Made by a program: the position numbers and the translations under genes. DNA of 61,139 nt, filler included, from Basidiobolus ranarum (taxonomy: Eukaryota), in NCBI GenBank assembly GCA_040143965.1. It is 8 parts of 8 records of this genome, joined end to end, with 100 filler letters (N's around TTAATTAATTAA, not from the genome) between each part and the next. Parts side by side here need not be neighbours in the genome. Positions count along the whole stretch, not along the records: positions 45,968 to 53,511 come from JASJQH010001105.1; positions 53,612 to 61,139 come from JASJQH010001106.1; 6 more parts are not named here. The stretch is one strand, 5' to 3'. This document shows positions 51,150 to 61,139 of the stretch, piece by piece. How positions within the stretch are numbered: position 1 is the stretch's first letter; every line of letters begins with the position of its first letter. Under the pieces are notes generated by a model. That model was not told where the DNA came from, ran no database searches, and saw only the letters and a program-made list of their open reading frames with translations.

Positions 51150-52064
51150 TTAAGCCTTATTGGTAAAGACGGTTTGAAGTTTATCGTAACCAGCTAGTAC
51201 ACCACCACCTGCAACGGCACGAAGAATATTAGCACCAGCTCCCTTGAAGAAGGATTTATACCCTTCCTTTTTGATAATTTCGTTGAAGCATTGAAGGGAG
51301 GAAGCGTATTTAACAGCTTCACCAGAAGTCATCATCATTCTTCTACGAACAGTATCAATGGGGTAGCCAGCAAGACCAGCACCGATGGTGATACCCCACC
51401 CCAACAAGAACGAGGCAAGGAGAGAGTCTTTGAGGTTTCCAACGAGTAGAACAGGTTTAAAAGAATCGTACATACCGAAATATAAACCACGATAGACGAT
51501 GATACCGACACAAGAAAGATTGAAGCCTCTGTACAAACCAGCGATTCCATCGGATTGGTATGTCTTACGATAGACATCTACAAGACCATTGAATTGCCGC
51601 TCTCCTCCTGCCTTGACGGATCTGGAGTCATTAGCTAGACGGGTACGGGCGTAATCCAAAGAGAACACAAATAAAAGAGAAAAAGCACCAGCCGCACCTC
51701 CAGAAGCAATATTACCGGCGAACCATTTCCAATAGCCATCTTTGTCCTTGTTGTATCCGAACATTTGCTTAAAGTAATCCTTGAAAGCAAAGTTCAATGC
51801 TAGAGTAGGGAAGTAACGGATGACATTAGCCACATTTCCTCGCCAGAGAGATATGGTGCCTTCCTCCTTGAGGACACGTGAGAAGCAGTCAGAAATACCC
51901 TTGTACGGATTTGCTAGACGACCATTCTTGATCATCTCATCCTGGTTCTGGATCAGTAATTTGACACGTTCAATTGGAGCAGCAGCAGTTTTAGAGACAG
52001 CAGCAGATACACCACCCGTGAGAAAGTCCAGAGCAAAGTTCTTTTCAGATTTCTGAGAAGACAT
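51150..52064 (-). CDS. AAC: Mitochondrial ADP/ATP carrier (304 aa, intronless)
   Basis: [42 protein letters not shown] and the RRRMMM signature; ATG at 52064. Confidence 0.96.
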   Translation of the reverse strand: MSSQKSEKNFALDFLTGGVSAAVSKTAAAPIERVKLLIQNQDEMIKNGRLANPYKGISDCFSRVLKEEGTISLWRGNVANVIRYFPTLALNFAFKDYFKQMFGYNKDKDGYWKWFAGNIASGGAAGAFSLLFVFSLDYARTRLANDSRSVKAGGERQFNGLVDVYRKTYQSDGIAGLYRGFNLSCVGIIVYRGLYFGMYDSFKPVLLVGNLKDSLLASFLLGWGITIGAGLAGYPIDTVRRRMMMTSGEAVKYASSLQCFNEIIKKEGYKSFFKGAGANILRAVAGGGVLAGYDKLQTVFTNKA

Positions 52065-53511
52065 AGTTAAAATAAATAAGAAAAGCGAAGGCTGTAGTTG
52101 TTGAGTTGTCTGAAGCAATTGAACACTATTTAACTCAAGGAATGAGCAGAAATTACCGGTAATCCGCTTGACAGATCCGCAAATATCCTGCAACATATAG
52201 TAATTAGTATTATAGAAGAGTTCAATTCCATTTCTTTCCGAATAATGTAATACCGACCCATTCAACGTAAATTGGGATTTGAAATTTGTATATTTGTTAT
52301 GTTGTGTGTCTTCTTTTTTAGGCAGTGGCTAAAACATTGTTTAAAAACTGGGGTTGTTTGTGAGATTAAGTGATATACCTGACTTGGGTTGAGTTTGAAT
52401 AGTCAGCTGTTGTACCCAATCTGAACATCCCCAAGTGTCTCTCATTCATACGCAATGTCCCCAAATTACTCCTCAACATAAAGGGCTGGTTGAAATTCCT
52501 GGAGGCATATGGGAGATGGATAAGTGTGTATTCATTACATACTGGCTTCAATATGAATATTCTAATGAAGGAGTTTGCAGTCAACTAGTAGGCTAAGAAC
52601 AAGGAGCATAGCAATATAAAGACATCAAAACAACCCAACCATCTACGCTGTTTCACATATTTTTGTTGTGCATGATATATTGAACAAGCTTGGTCGGAAT
52701 CCTTGTCATCAAATCAATTCCATCGAGCTTGTAGAAATAAATAAAGAACTCCATCTGAAATGTGTTAAATGGGGATGCTCGGAAGCAGTAATTCGGAACA
52801 GTAAATCTTTCAATGGCAAGTGACCACTGCCAAATATCATGTGCCTGCAGTTCACAAAGATCTGCGTAGGACCTATCTCCACAGCCGCAGTAATGCACAA
52901 CCGCAGCAATCACGAAGTATTGGTAAGTGTAGTTAGATTTCTACATTTGCATATCAACGGAGATTTAAATCGAGTGGAGCGGTATCTACCGGTTTCTGGA
53001 AGACTAGTGAGTATATTTGATGAAAAGGTATAGTGTTAGATTGGTATTGATACCAAGTATTGAGAATATCGCAATCCGAGTGAAAGTATGGAATGATCGA
53101 GTAACGAAAACTAAGAGCAGTTAGGGATTTGGTCATAGCCTACCCTCTTTGACTACTAATTATTTTTGTAGTTTAGAAATGATCAAGATAATGGCAACCG
53201 AGCCCATGAGAAAATTGGTTGGGTTGAATTTAGTGCCACTTATGGAATTTCTACTACGATGTGGTTCAATACCCTAATGAGAACTTCCGATGCCAGAAGG
53301 TTACATCCTTTCGCCCTACATTTCCCGCTAATAATGAGGTAAGAATATCCCCATTCTGAGGTAAATGAAAATAATACCCCAATCATGATTCAAAATGATG
53401 TCTTTGGATGATATTCAATTCAAACTGCCAATGTATTTGTTAGTATTCATATACTTACAATATATGCTTTGAATAATTACACTCTGCTTGAATTGTCGTG
53501 ATGCTACTTCA

Positions 53512-53611
53512 NNNNNNNNNNNNNNNNNNNNNNNNNNNNNNNNNNNNNNNNNNNNTTAATTAATTAANNNNNNNNNNNNNNNNNNNNNNNNNNNNNNNNN
53601 NNNNNNNNNNN
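53512..53611. other. Artificial contig spacer
   Basis: N-flanked TTAATTAATTAA linker. Confidence 0.97.
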
Positions 53612-53718
53612 GACAAAACTATAAATATCAACTTTCTACTCAATAAATCAATATGTGAAAACCACCAATTCCTCTAATTCTCCAAACCACTTCCAACAGG
53701 CTCCCAAATACTTTAACA
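53612..53718 (+). repeat. 3' end of the TG...CA repeat at the contig start
   Basis: Near-identical to 60-166 and ends in ctcccaaatactttaaca. Confidence 0.85.
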
Positions 53719-54040
53719 GAAACAACAAAAGAAACAATATGATGAAGTAAACTCTTGACAGATTGGGGCTATTCTTAAAATTCACCAACTACACAATTTC
53801 AAGATACTCAAAGTTGTATCAAATTAGCTAGAAGTCCCATGTTTTATAGTAAAAGTAAGCCTATAGATAATAAACATCATTTTATTAGAGAAACTATAGA
53901 GGAAAAATTTATTGACTTGACTTATTGTTCTAAGAAGACATGATTGCTGATACACTAACTCAACCATTAGCTAGACACAAATTTGGGAAATTTAGACCTT
54001 CCTTAGGATTAGTTTATACAGCTATTTAATTCAGAGAGAG

Positions 54041-54385
54041 TGTTGAAATTAGCATTGCCTAAACACCTATATAGTCATATATAGCTTACTATTTAGTTAG
54101 CTTATATTTCACCAAGATATTAACCATTATTCTCAATTGAAGTTTGCCTAGAAAATTTTTACAAACTTAGAAACTCTCAGGGATATAAGTTTTAAACTTG
54201 TGCTAGAAGCCCCAAGCTGTGCACACATGTTTCTGGAACCTTCCTTAACACATTCTGAATGTTAGTCTGTTTACATCTTGACAAAAGTATAAATGTCAAC
54301 TTTAACTCCATAAATCAATAAGTCAAAACCATCAATTTCTTTAATTCCCCAAACCACTTCCAGTAGGCTCTCAAATACTTTAACA
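54041..54385 (+). mobile_element. Full-length copy (345 bp) of the solo-LTR-like repeat
   Basis: Begins TGTTGAA and ends TTTAACA (imperfect terminal inverted repeat, TG...CA). Internal TATA-like ctatatag/catatatag. No target-site duplication is visible (gagag / attta). Confidence 0.65.
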
Positions 54386-55450
54386 ATTTAATCTTTTACA
54401 AACTTTTCCCACTTTTTCATGAAAATGGCTTCATAATCTGTGTTGAACTGCTTGTGGAGTAGAGTGCCAGAGTCTGTTTAAACATCAGTTGGTTGTACTC
54501 ACTGTTGCCTACAATGACAGAACTCTAATTACAGAGACAAATAGGGCAGTTGACAAAAGAGTTGATATATCAAGGAGTGGTTGACTATGCAAATAAACTT
54601 TAATTCAGAGTATTCTTTGAGAGCACCAACTTCTTGCATAAAATCATATGTTTTCATTAATAAAAACCAGGCTTAAAATACTAGTAGTTAAGTTCAACTG
54701 CAGATTAAAGTTTTTGATATTTTGAAAAAGATATTTCCACACAGGCCATGCTCTTACCAACTCTATGACCTTCATATCAGACAAGCTAAATGACCGCATC
54801 ATTGAGTTTCAGGTATAATACTCACAAGCTTAAGACTATTGATTTGTTAATTAAAGTTGCAGCCACATACTGTAAATTAAGAATAGTATTCCTTATATAT
54901 ATAAGTAACAAGTGAACATATCTATGACCAAGAGTAAATTAAGAAATGAAAAATTGTGAGTCAAGAGTACATAGTTGAATGTGAAAGCTCTAATATTATG
55001 GCTTAGTACCCAAGTATTGATATATTTTAATTAGCAGAATGTACCTAGAATGTGGAGACCATATTCTCATAATACTAATTCTGATGTTTCTGGAGCTTCC
55101 ATTATAGCGGATGTTATGAAAATGAGAATTGGGCATGTCTACTATACAGCTACTGAAAAGGAAACTGATGTTCTGACATCTATTTCCAAAGTTATTCCAT
55201 AAAGCGGCACTTTACGTTTCGTAAGTAAATATACTACTCTAAGATTGCCACAAATTGGTTATGTATACGTGTACCAAACTTGAGGTGGATCAAAAGCCAA
55301 ATGTACAAAAGAAACAGGTATCGATAGAAAATATAACCTCAGCGTGCTTACAGGAAGTGGTCCATGTATGAATTTGAACTAAAAACTCCTTGAAACAAAG
55401 ATTTATTTGTATAATATACAAGGAAGTAACAATAAAAGTGATATCAGAGA

Positions 55451-58400
55451 TTATTTAGAGACATAATTATCTAAGTATTCATAAAAGTCACTGGCATCGG
55501 ATTCACGACGATTGGATTGTTGGTTAGCAATACGTTCCCATTCAAGCCATCGATTCATAGGCACAGAATTATTATCGAATTCACCATCTTTACTTCCGTG
55601 ATCTTGGCCACTCTCAGAATCCCCTTCAACCTTTCTTGTTTGCCCCCAAGTGAAGTCGTCGAAATGCCAATAGGCGTAAGAAGGGAGTACCAGGTTCCAG
55701 ATGGGTAGTGTCAGTAGATAAACTATCATATACCATAAATATATAAACCTTCGTGTTGTGGAAAGAATCAACAACGCCGGTAGACCTAGCACTAAACTGA
55801 GCAATATTAAGGGAGTAACAGGAGGGGACTTGACCACAAAGGAGAGTACAAGTAGATATATGGTAAAGATAATGGCAGCTGGTAACACCACGGTTCCTAT
55901 CAGTTCCATGAATACGAAGAACTGCATGGAGAAACAGAATATCCCACACAAATCTCTGACTAGTACCAATTCTAACATATTATGAACTGTGGAATTGATC
56001 CAACGTCTTCGTTGGGAGAGAAGGATTGCGAATGTATCAGGTACAACCGTTTTACATATTGCCTGAGGTACAAAAAGCATTTTTCTCTTGGGGAAAGTCT
56101 TCAGCATTAATGTAGTGAGGTATCGATCCTCTCCTAGTAATAAGAGATTCTTTTTGTGAAGCGTATCGACCACATTTTCGGAGTAGTGTTCAATTATGTC
56201 GGGATTTGCCAGAATTGGCACCCAGAAACCGTTCGGACCCTTTCGTGTCTTGATCCGATACATGGAGAAGCAGCCAGGTAGACATGTAACGCCACCAAAG
56301 ATCGATTCAAAGGATTTAGACAAATGGTGGGATATGTGATATTCAAATACTAGTTGACAAATCTACATAGTTAATACTACTTCCAACCATGACCGCTGCG
56401 GTACTCACTAACCTTGCATCATTGTAACCCAGCTGTCGTTTTTGTTGGCGATCTTGGTCTCACCACAACATCCCATCACTAGGTCTTCTCGCGCCATACA
56501 CGCAGCCATATGGGTAAGTGAATCTTTGTGGACCTTTGTGTCAGCATCGACCTGCAAAAGATTGTCAATAAAGCACAGCAATATGAATGCAAAACCTATA
56601 AAAATTCCGACCATCATCAATAGTTCGTATTTATCAGGGCTGATTCCACAGGTTTTCCACACCATATTGAACAGCTCATACTCAAAAGGGCTCATGCGCT
56701 CGTCAAACATCACCTTCTGAAAGAAACTCATTAGCATAATTTGACTATCTCTCTTGCCTCGGTTTCCAGGTTTACTGCTATTGCTTTCTTCCGGTGTACC
56801 CCATTTTATGATAACAATCATGGGCACTTTGATTCCTTTGGAAGCACCATGTTCGTACTTGTAAAACCCCGCATAGATTTTTGCCGTATTGTGACGCTTT
56901 TGACCATCAGCTATTGCAACGTAAGAGTATGCCTGAACATCGGGAAATGGCACAATTTCATCACCAAGCATTGTCAGACAGATGTCTGGCGTAGACATTT
57001 CGTTACCAGCTCCGGTGATCTGGCCATCAGCAATCACCAGAATCAGCTTGTGTGAAACTGGATAGTGAGTAGTAGCAAGAGATTCTAATGTGGTTCGGAG
57101 CCCCTCTTTCCCTTCTGAATAGCAGGTTACCAGTAGAATGCAATGGAGCGGATCGAAATTAATAAGCGGATATTCTGGTTCATCTTGGTCTGACTGAGCG
57201 GTGATTTGTGGTAAAGGTAAGCATGGAGAAGAGAATACTGGATAAGTACTTTTTTCACTGATATAGGATTCGGCCCCAATGTTGAAGAGGCAGATGTGTG
57301 ATGCATTTCCTCTTGTTCAGGTTGATTTGGCTCAACTGCATCACTTGATAAGTGATAAGAAACTAGATTTTCGTTGTTGTTTTGTTTGATATGGTTCTTC
57401 CTTTTCGTCTTTGGCTTTCTACCTGGTTCAGCCCCTGGTAGAGGAACAGTATATCTGGATACCTGAGGTATACTTCTGAATAGAGACTTCTTTCGCATCG
57501 CCTCTTTCTTGCCACTGCTTAAATATAATATAAGTAAAAGGTTGAAAAGGAGCTACTCTTCATGTACATACCTTATTCGAATATCATTCGTATCTGCCCA
57601 CATCTCCAGCTCTTTCTCACGTTTTCTTCGTTGCTCAAAGCTTTCATTGGCAACTGCCCCCATTCTCCAACTTACAACCCAGCCAAAATACACAGCTAGA
57701 AGAAATCTTATCAATACAATAGCTACAATAGCCATCAGGCTCAAGATAAGAAGGATGTCAGCGAGAATGCATCCGATGGTTTTTGAGTCCACCACTCCGA
57801 CTTTGATGGTATCAAGTAGACATCTACCAAGCTTTGGGTTCCGATTGAGGAAGAAAGTGATATCTTTCCCACCCATCTGAGGATTGGTCGATATCAACTC
57901 CAGCATGTCCGCGGGAAGGTTAAAGTCCAGGGGAGATATCCAGCGAAGACGATCGAGATCAAGTACGTTACTGTTCCACAAAAGAATCTGTCAATGAGTA
58001 CAGGTGACAACACAGGTGAATAGAAGAACAGATGTGAATCCTCTTTATTATGAAACAACATACCCGTCATACACCACTAAACTTGAATTAGTCATTTGAA
58101 TGTCGGACCAGTAATAAAACACCTCGCCAATAAACGCCTGGGCCAGGCAGTTGGTTAAGTATTGTGTGGTTTGATGACACCCTCTTCCGCTAGGATTTGC
58201 AGTTGGGTTAACAAGGATGGTACCATTGAAAGCGTTGTTTTCGATGGGTATGCAAGGGAAAAGAGAATTGGTTTTTCGTGAAGGGGAAGGAGAAAATACC
58301 GATTTAGCTTGGATGATCTCTTTGCAGCTACCTTTTTCTTGTTGGAATAGAAAAGAAAGATCTTTTCCATTCATGGACTCCATACTGCTCAACGGGCTGT

Positions 58401-59234
58401 GACTCACAAACGACCCCTCAGGAATAGCTGGGTGTTGAAATCCATCCAAATTATATACTTTACCATCAATAATTCCCTTGGAACCTCCTATCTCGGAGAC
58501 GTGATATTGAACTGGAGGAAATCCACAAATCAGTTCGTTGAAGCCGAAAGTCAAAAATGCCACGCTAAGAATTATAAATACTATTATAACGCATAATGTC
58601 ACTTTTTCTCTCCAAGCCTGCTGTATATCAGGACTCTTCATTCCTTTGGGAAAATGTTTCTTGGTTAGTTATGAAATAATAATCGTAAGATCGTATGTCT
58701 GACCTTACCGCATTTTTTTAAACAACATCCCAATATGCAGCACGTTAAGGTTCTCGAACAGCACACCCAAGGCTTGGGTAGATTACGTTTCCAACTATGC
58801 TTTTTCTCTGGTGAAATCGAGACTTCGCGACGAATAGAGTCTGATCTCCCTAGGACACTTACACCTCGCCTCATCTTTCTAGAAGGATTTGATTGTTCTA
58901 AAGTATTTTCTTTCTGTTCTAATCCCTTTGCTATGGAATGAGTATGGAACTGTCTGTGCTTCTTGTCAATCTTTTCCCTATCAAGCCTTACAAAAGAGGC
59001 TCTTTGCCCAATCTTTGACGTTATCTGTGACCCATAAAGAATGGATAGGCGTTGGTGAGATATGTTTTCATTCTCCAAACTAAGTCTGTTTTGAATATAA
59101 GGAGTAGGGAATTCACGTTCTTCTGTGCCTATAGGCTTTGGATTTTTATCCAAAGTCGGTGCAGTTGACTCTGGTTCAATTTCTTCTTCTATATCAGTGT
59201 TAACGGTAGACCTTTCTTTCAAAGGGAGAGTCAT
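55451..59234 (-). CDS. Class IV (division 2, yeast Chs3-like) chitin synthase, multi-exon
   Basis: [102 protein letters not shown] and [12 protein letters not shown]. Several GT-AG introns; a frame change near 57250. Confidence 0.93.
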
Positions 59235-60321
59235 GTTGGGAAATATGGAATATTTATGAGCTCACTAGGACGACCAGCGACAAATCAACTAAATTATTTT
59301 TCGGTGGTATTGTTGTCTGCAACTGCTTTTAAACAGTCATTCAGGAAAAAAAAGCTGGGGCAAATAGAAACCAATGTGAAAAGAAGGTTTAAAGGAATTC
59401 TAAAGTAACTAAGCTATGATAAAGAGGAGTATAGTCTTTAAATGAGCAAATCAACTATAACCACTGGTAAATGTATCCAACAACCTTTGAAATATGAGTT
59501 TTACATTCTGTGTTTTCTGCAACAATAATCTCGTGCGTACACTCCGGGAAATATCTTCTGCAATATCTAACAAGCATATCGAATCTTGCAGGTCTTCGGG
59601 TAAAATCTATGTTATGATAGAGTTGGTAATAAGGTGTCTTATCAGTAACGTTACAATATTGTTGTTACACATTTATTAACTCCAACCCTATAGTATAAGG
59701 GCTGTTTCATAGAAATTACTTTACTTTCAGAATATAATGTTAGGTAACGTTATATCCATCGTTTCATGATCTGCAGCAGGCCAGGAAACGTCTGTTAAAA
59801 TTCTAATTTGGACGATTATTTTTGAATAAACCAAAAAGATGTAGGACTGCCAGGGGAAACAACAAGTAACAAAGATACATTGCCGTAAGTAGCCCAGCTA
59901 TCAGGTTTCCTCGGAAACTTTAATCTAAAACACGTTCGGCGCCTTCAAGAAGTTGGATTCTTCGGAGAAGGTAATTTGACATTGTGTCTATAGAAAACTC
60001 AATTTGTTAAAGATGAGATTAGGAATGCTTAAATACTAAAAGCATCACCACCAGGTGCTTATGGGAGTGATTCGGAGGATATTAATTTTGAATTAAACAT
60101 AATTTTTGATTCAACAATGATTATGATACCTTGAAATTCAAACCAATCATCTGGAACTATCACAAACTCCCTCAAATCTCAAATAATTCCCCCTCCCCCT
60201 TCTAAGACCTAAAGGGGAGACAGCGCTAACCCCATTCGATGACATCAACCAAGATTTCGATATAGTTATTGTAATACACCAATTCTTCCTCTAATTCCTC
60301 TTTATCAAATTGAAAGAAATA

Positions 60322-61139
60322 ATGTGGCTCTCACGTTCGGCATTGTGGATCGCATTAATCTGTGGCTTAGGTTCGTTAACCTTATCGCCCGTACATGGTC
60401 AAGAAAAGGATTGTACCGTCGTAAATTCCGATACGAAAGAGTTCTATGATTTACGTCCATTGATAAAAAAATCCGGGTAAGAATCTACTTATGTGAATTG
60501 ACTGTTTAAATAACTGAAGGAAGTTTATTAATAATACCATTAAAAACCGGAACTTTATAGTGAAGACTGGACCGTAAAATCTATTGATGACCATACATAC
60601 AAGCTAAATGTTTGTCATGAAATCTTGGACGGTACAACTGGTATGAGGGAACCAGGTGGTGTTGGTTCTTTTGTTAGGAAAGATGTTAAAGGCATTTCAC
60701 TTGGGTAATATTGGTCATTCCGACCACTTTTCGTATCAATAAGAAAAGTAGGAATTGACTAATCTTTTGAAATACTCCTCTTTTAGGAAGCAAAATTCTT
60801 CTCCACTTATTGCGGGTAATCATCAAGAAAAAGCGTCAAGCTTATATTTTATTTATATAACTCATACTTGATTCATTTTAGAAAACAGATTAAGGCTTCA
60901 GTATAAAGATGGAGACGAATGTCCGAACAGCCTACGACGTCGTAGTACCCTCATATATTTGGAGTGTGACAAAACCATCCAAGGCTTGGTACGTTTCCTA
61001 AAAGCAACAACGTGTGTTTAACTATATTCTTACCTGGTCGGGTCAACTAGGGTGCTCCAGAATATCTCGACAATATTGATGAATGTACCTACATGTTCTT
61101 ATGGAAAACTCCACATGCCTGCCCTACTGCTCAGGGTGG
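60322..61139 (+). CDS. Mannose-6-phosphate receptor (MRH) domain protein, Mrl1/CD-MPR-like, 3' truncated and absent from the ORF track
   Basis: Spliced product: signal peptide MWLSRSALWIALICGLG..., then CTVVNSDTKEFYDLRPL, YKLNVC, ISLG, LRLQYKDGDECP, RSTLIYLECD and DECTYMFLWKTPHACP; four short GT-AG introns. Confidence 0.85.

Noticed and set aside
15350-52064. DUF4804 protein and ADP/ATP carrier as a linked enzyme-substrate pair (Legionella Larg1 acts on ANT)
   Set aside because: They are on different contigs, so co-occurrence in this window is chance.
52366-53136. Short ORFs upstream of AAC, and similar ones at 20516-20768, 27600-28200 and 29998-30573
   Set aside because: No recognisable motifs or consistent splice structure. 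They may be decayed genes, but I cannot assign them.
7577-53611. Regularly spaced TTAATTAATTAA palindromes as a biological repeat or CRISPR-like array
   Set aside because: They are N-flanked six-frame-stop linkers added during contig concatenation.
1-61139. tRNA, rRNA or CRISPR loci
   Set aside because: No cloverleaf with a proper T-loop context, rRNA-like segment or repeat-spacer array was seen by eye; tRNAscan-SE or Infernal would be decisive.

Overview
This is eukaryotic, AT-rich DNA with short GT-AG spliceosomal introns. Gene content points to an early-diverging (non-Dikarya) fungus; this taxonomy is inferred, not shown. The window is not contiguous. It holds eight contigs of about 7.5 kb, sorted by decreasing length (7576, 7573, 7567, 7557, 7549, 7545, 7544, 7528 nt) and joined by artificial 100-nt N44-TTAATTAATTAA-N44 spacers, so adjacency across spacers means nothing. 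Recognisable genes: a trihelix/Myb-SANT polyQ factor, a PWWP + Tudor-knot protein, glutaredoxin, an SLC35F6-like transporter, NAA50, cystathionine beta-synthase, a DUF4804 (MavL-like macrodomain) protein, a BCS1-like AAA ATPase, a sugar transporter end, DBR1, TIM10, V-ATPase subunit c, a Gly-rich secreted protein, POT1, a GT31 + PAN/Apple glycosyltransferase, an ADP/ATP carrier, a class IV chitin synthase and a mannose-6-phosphate-receptor-like gene. The most notable locus is a complete, intron-containing class II (adenosylcobalamin-dependent, monomeric NrdJ-type) ribonucleotide reductase next to POT1. Also present are a decayed MABP-like + DCR2 phosphoesterase pseudogene, degenerate CACTA and Ty1/copia remnants in CpG-poor DNA, and a ~345-bp TG...CA repeat found in six copies or fragments.
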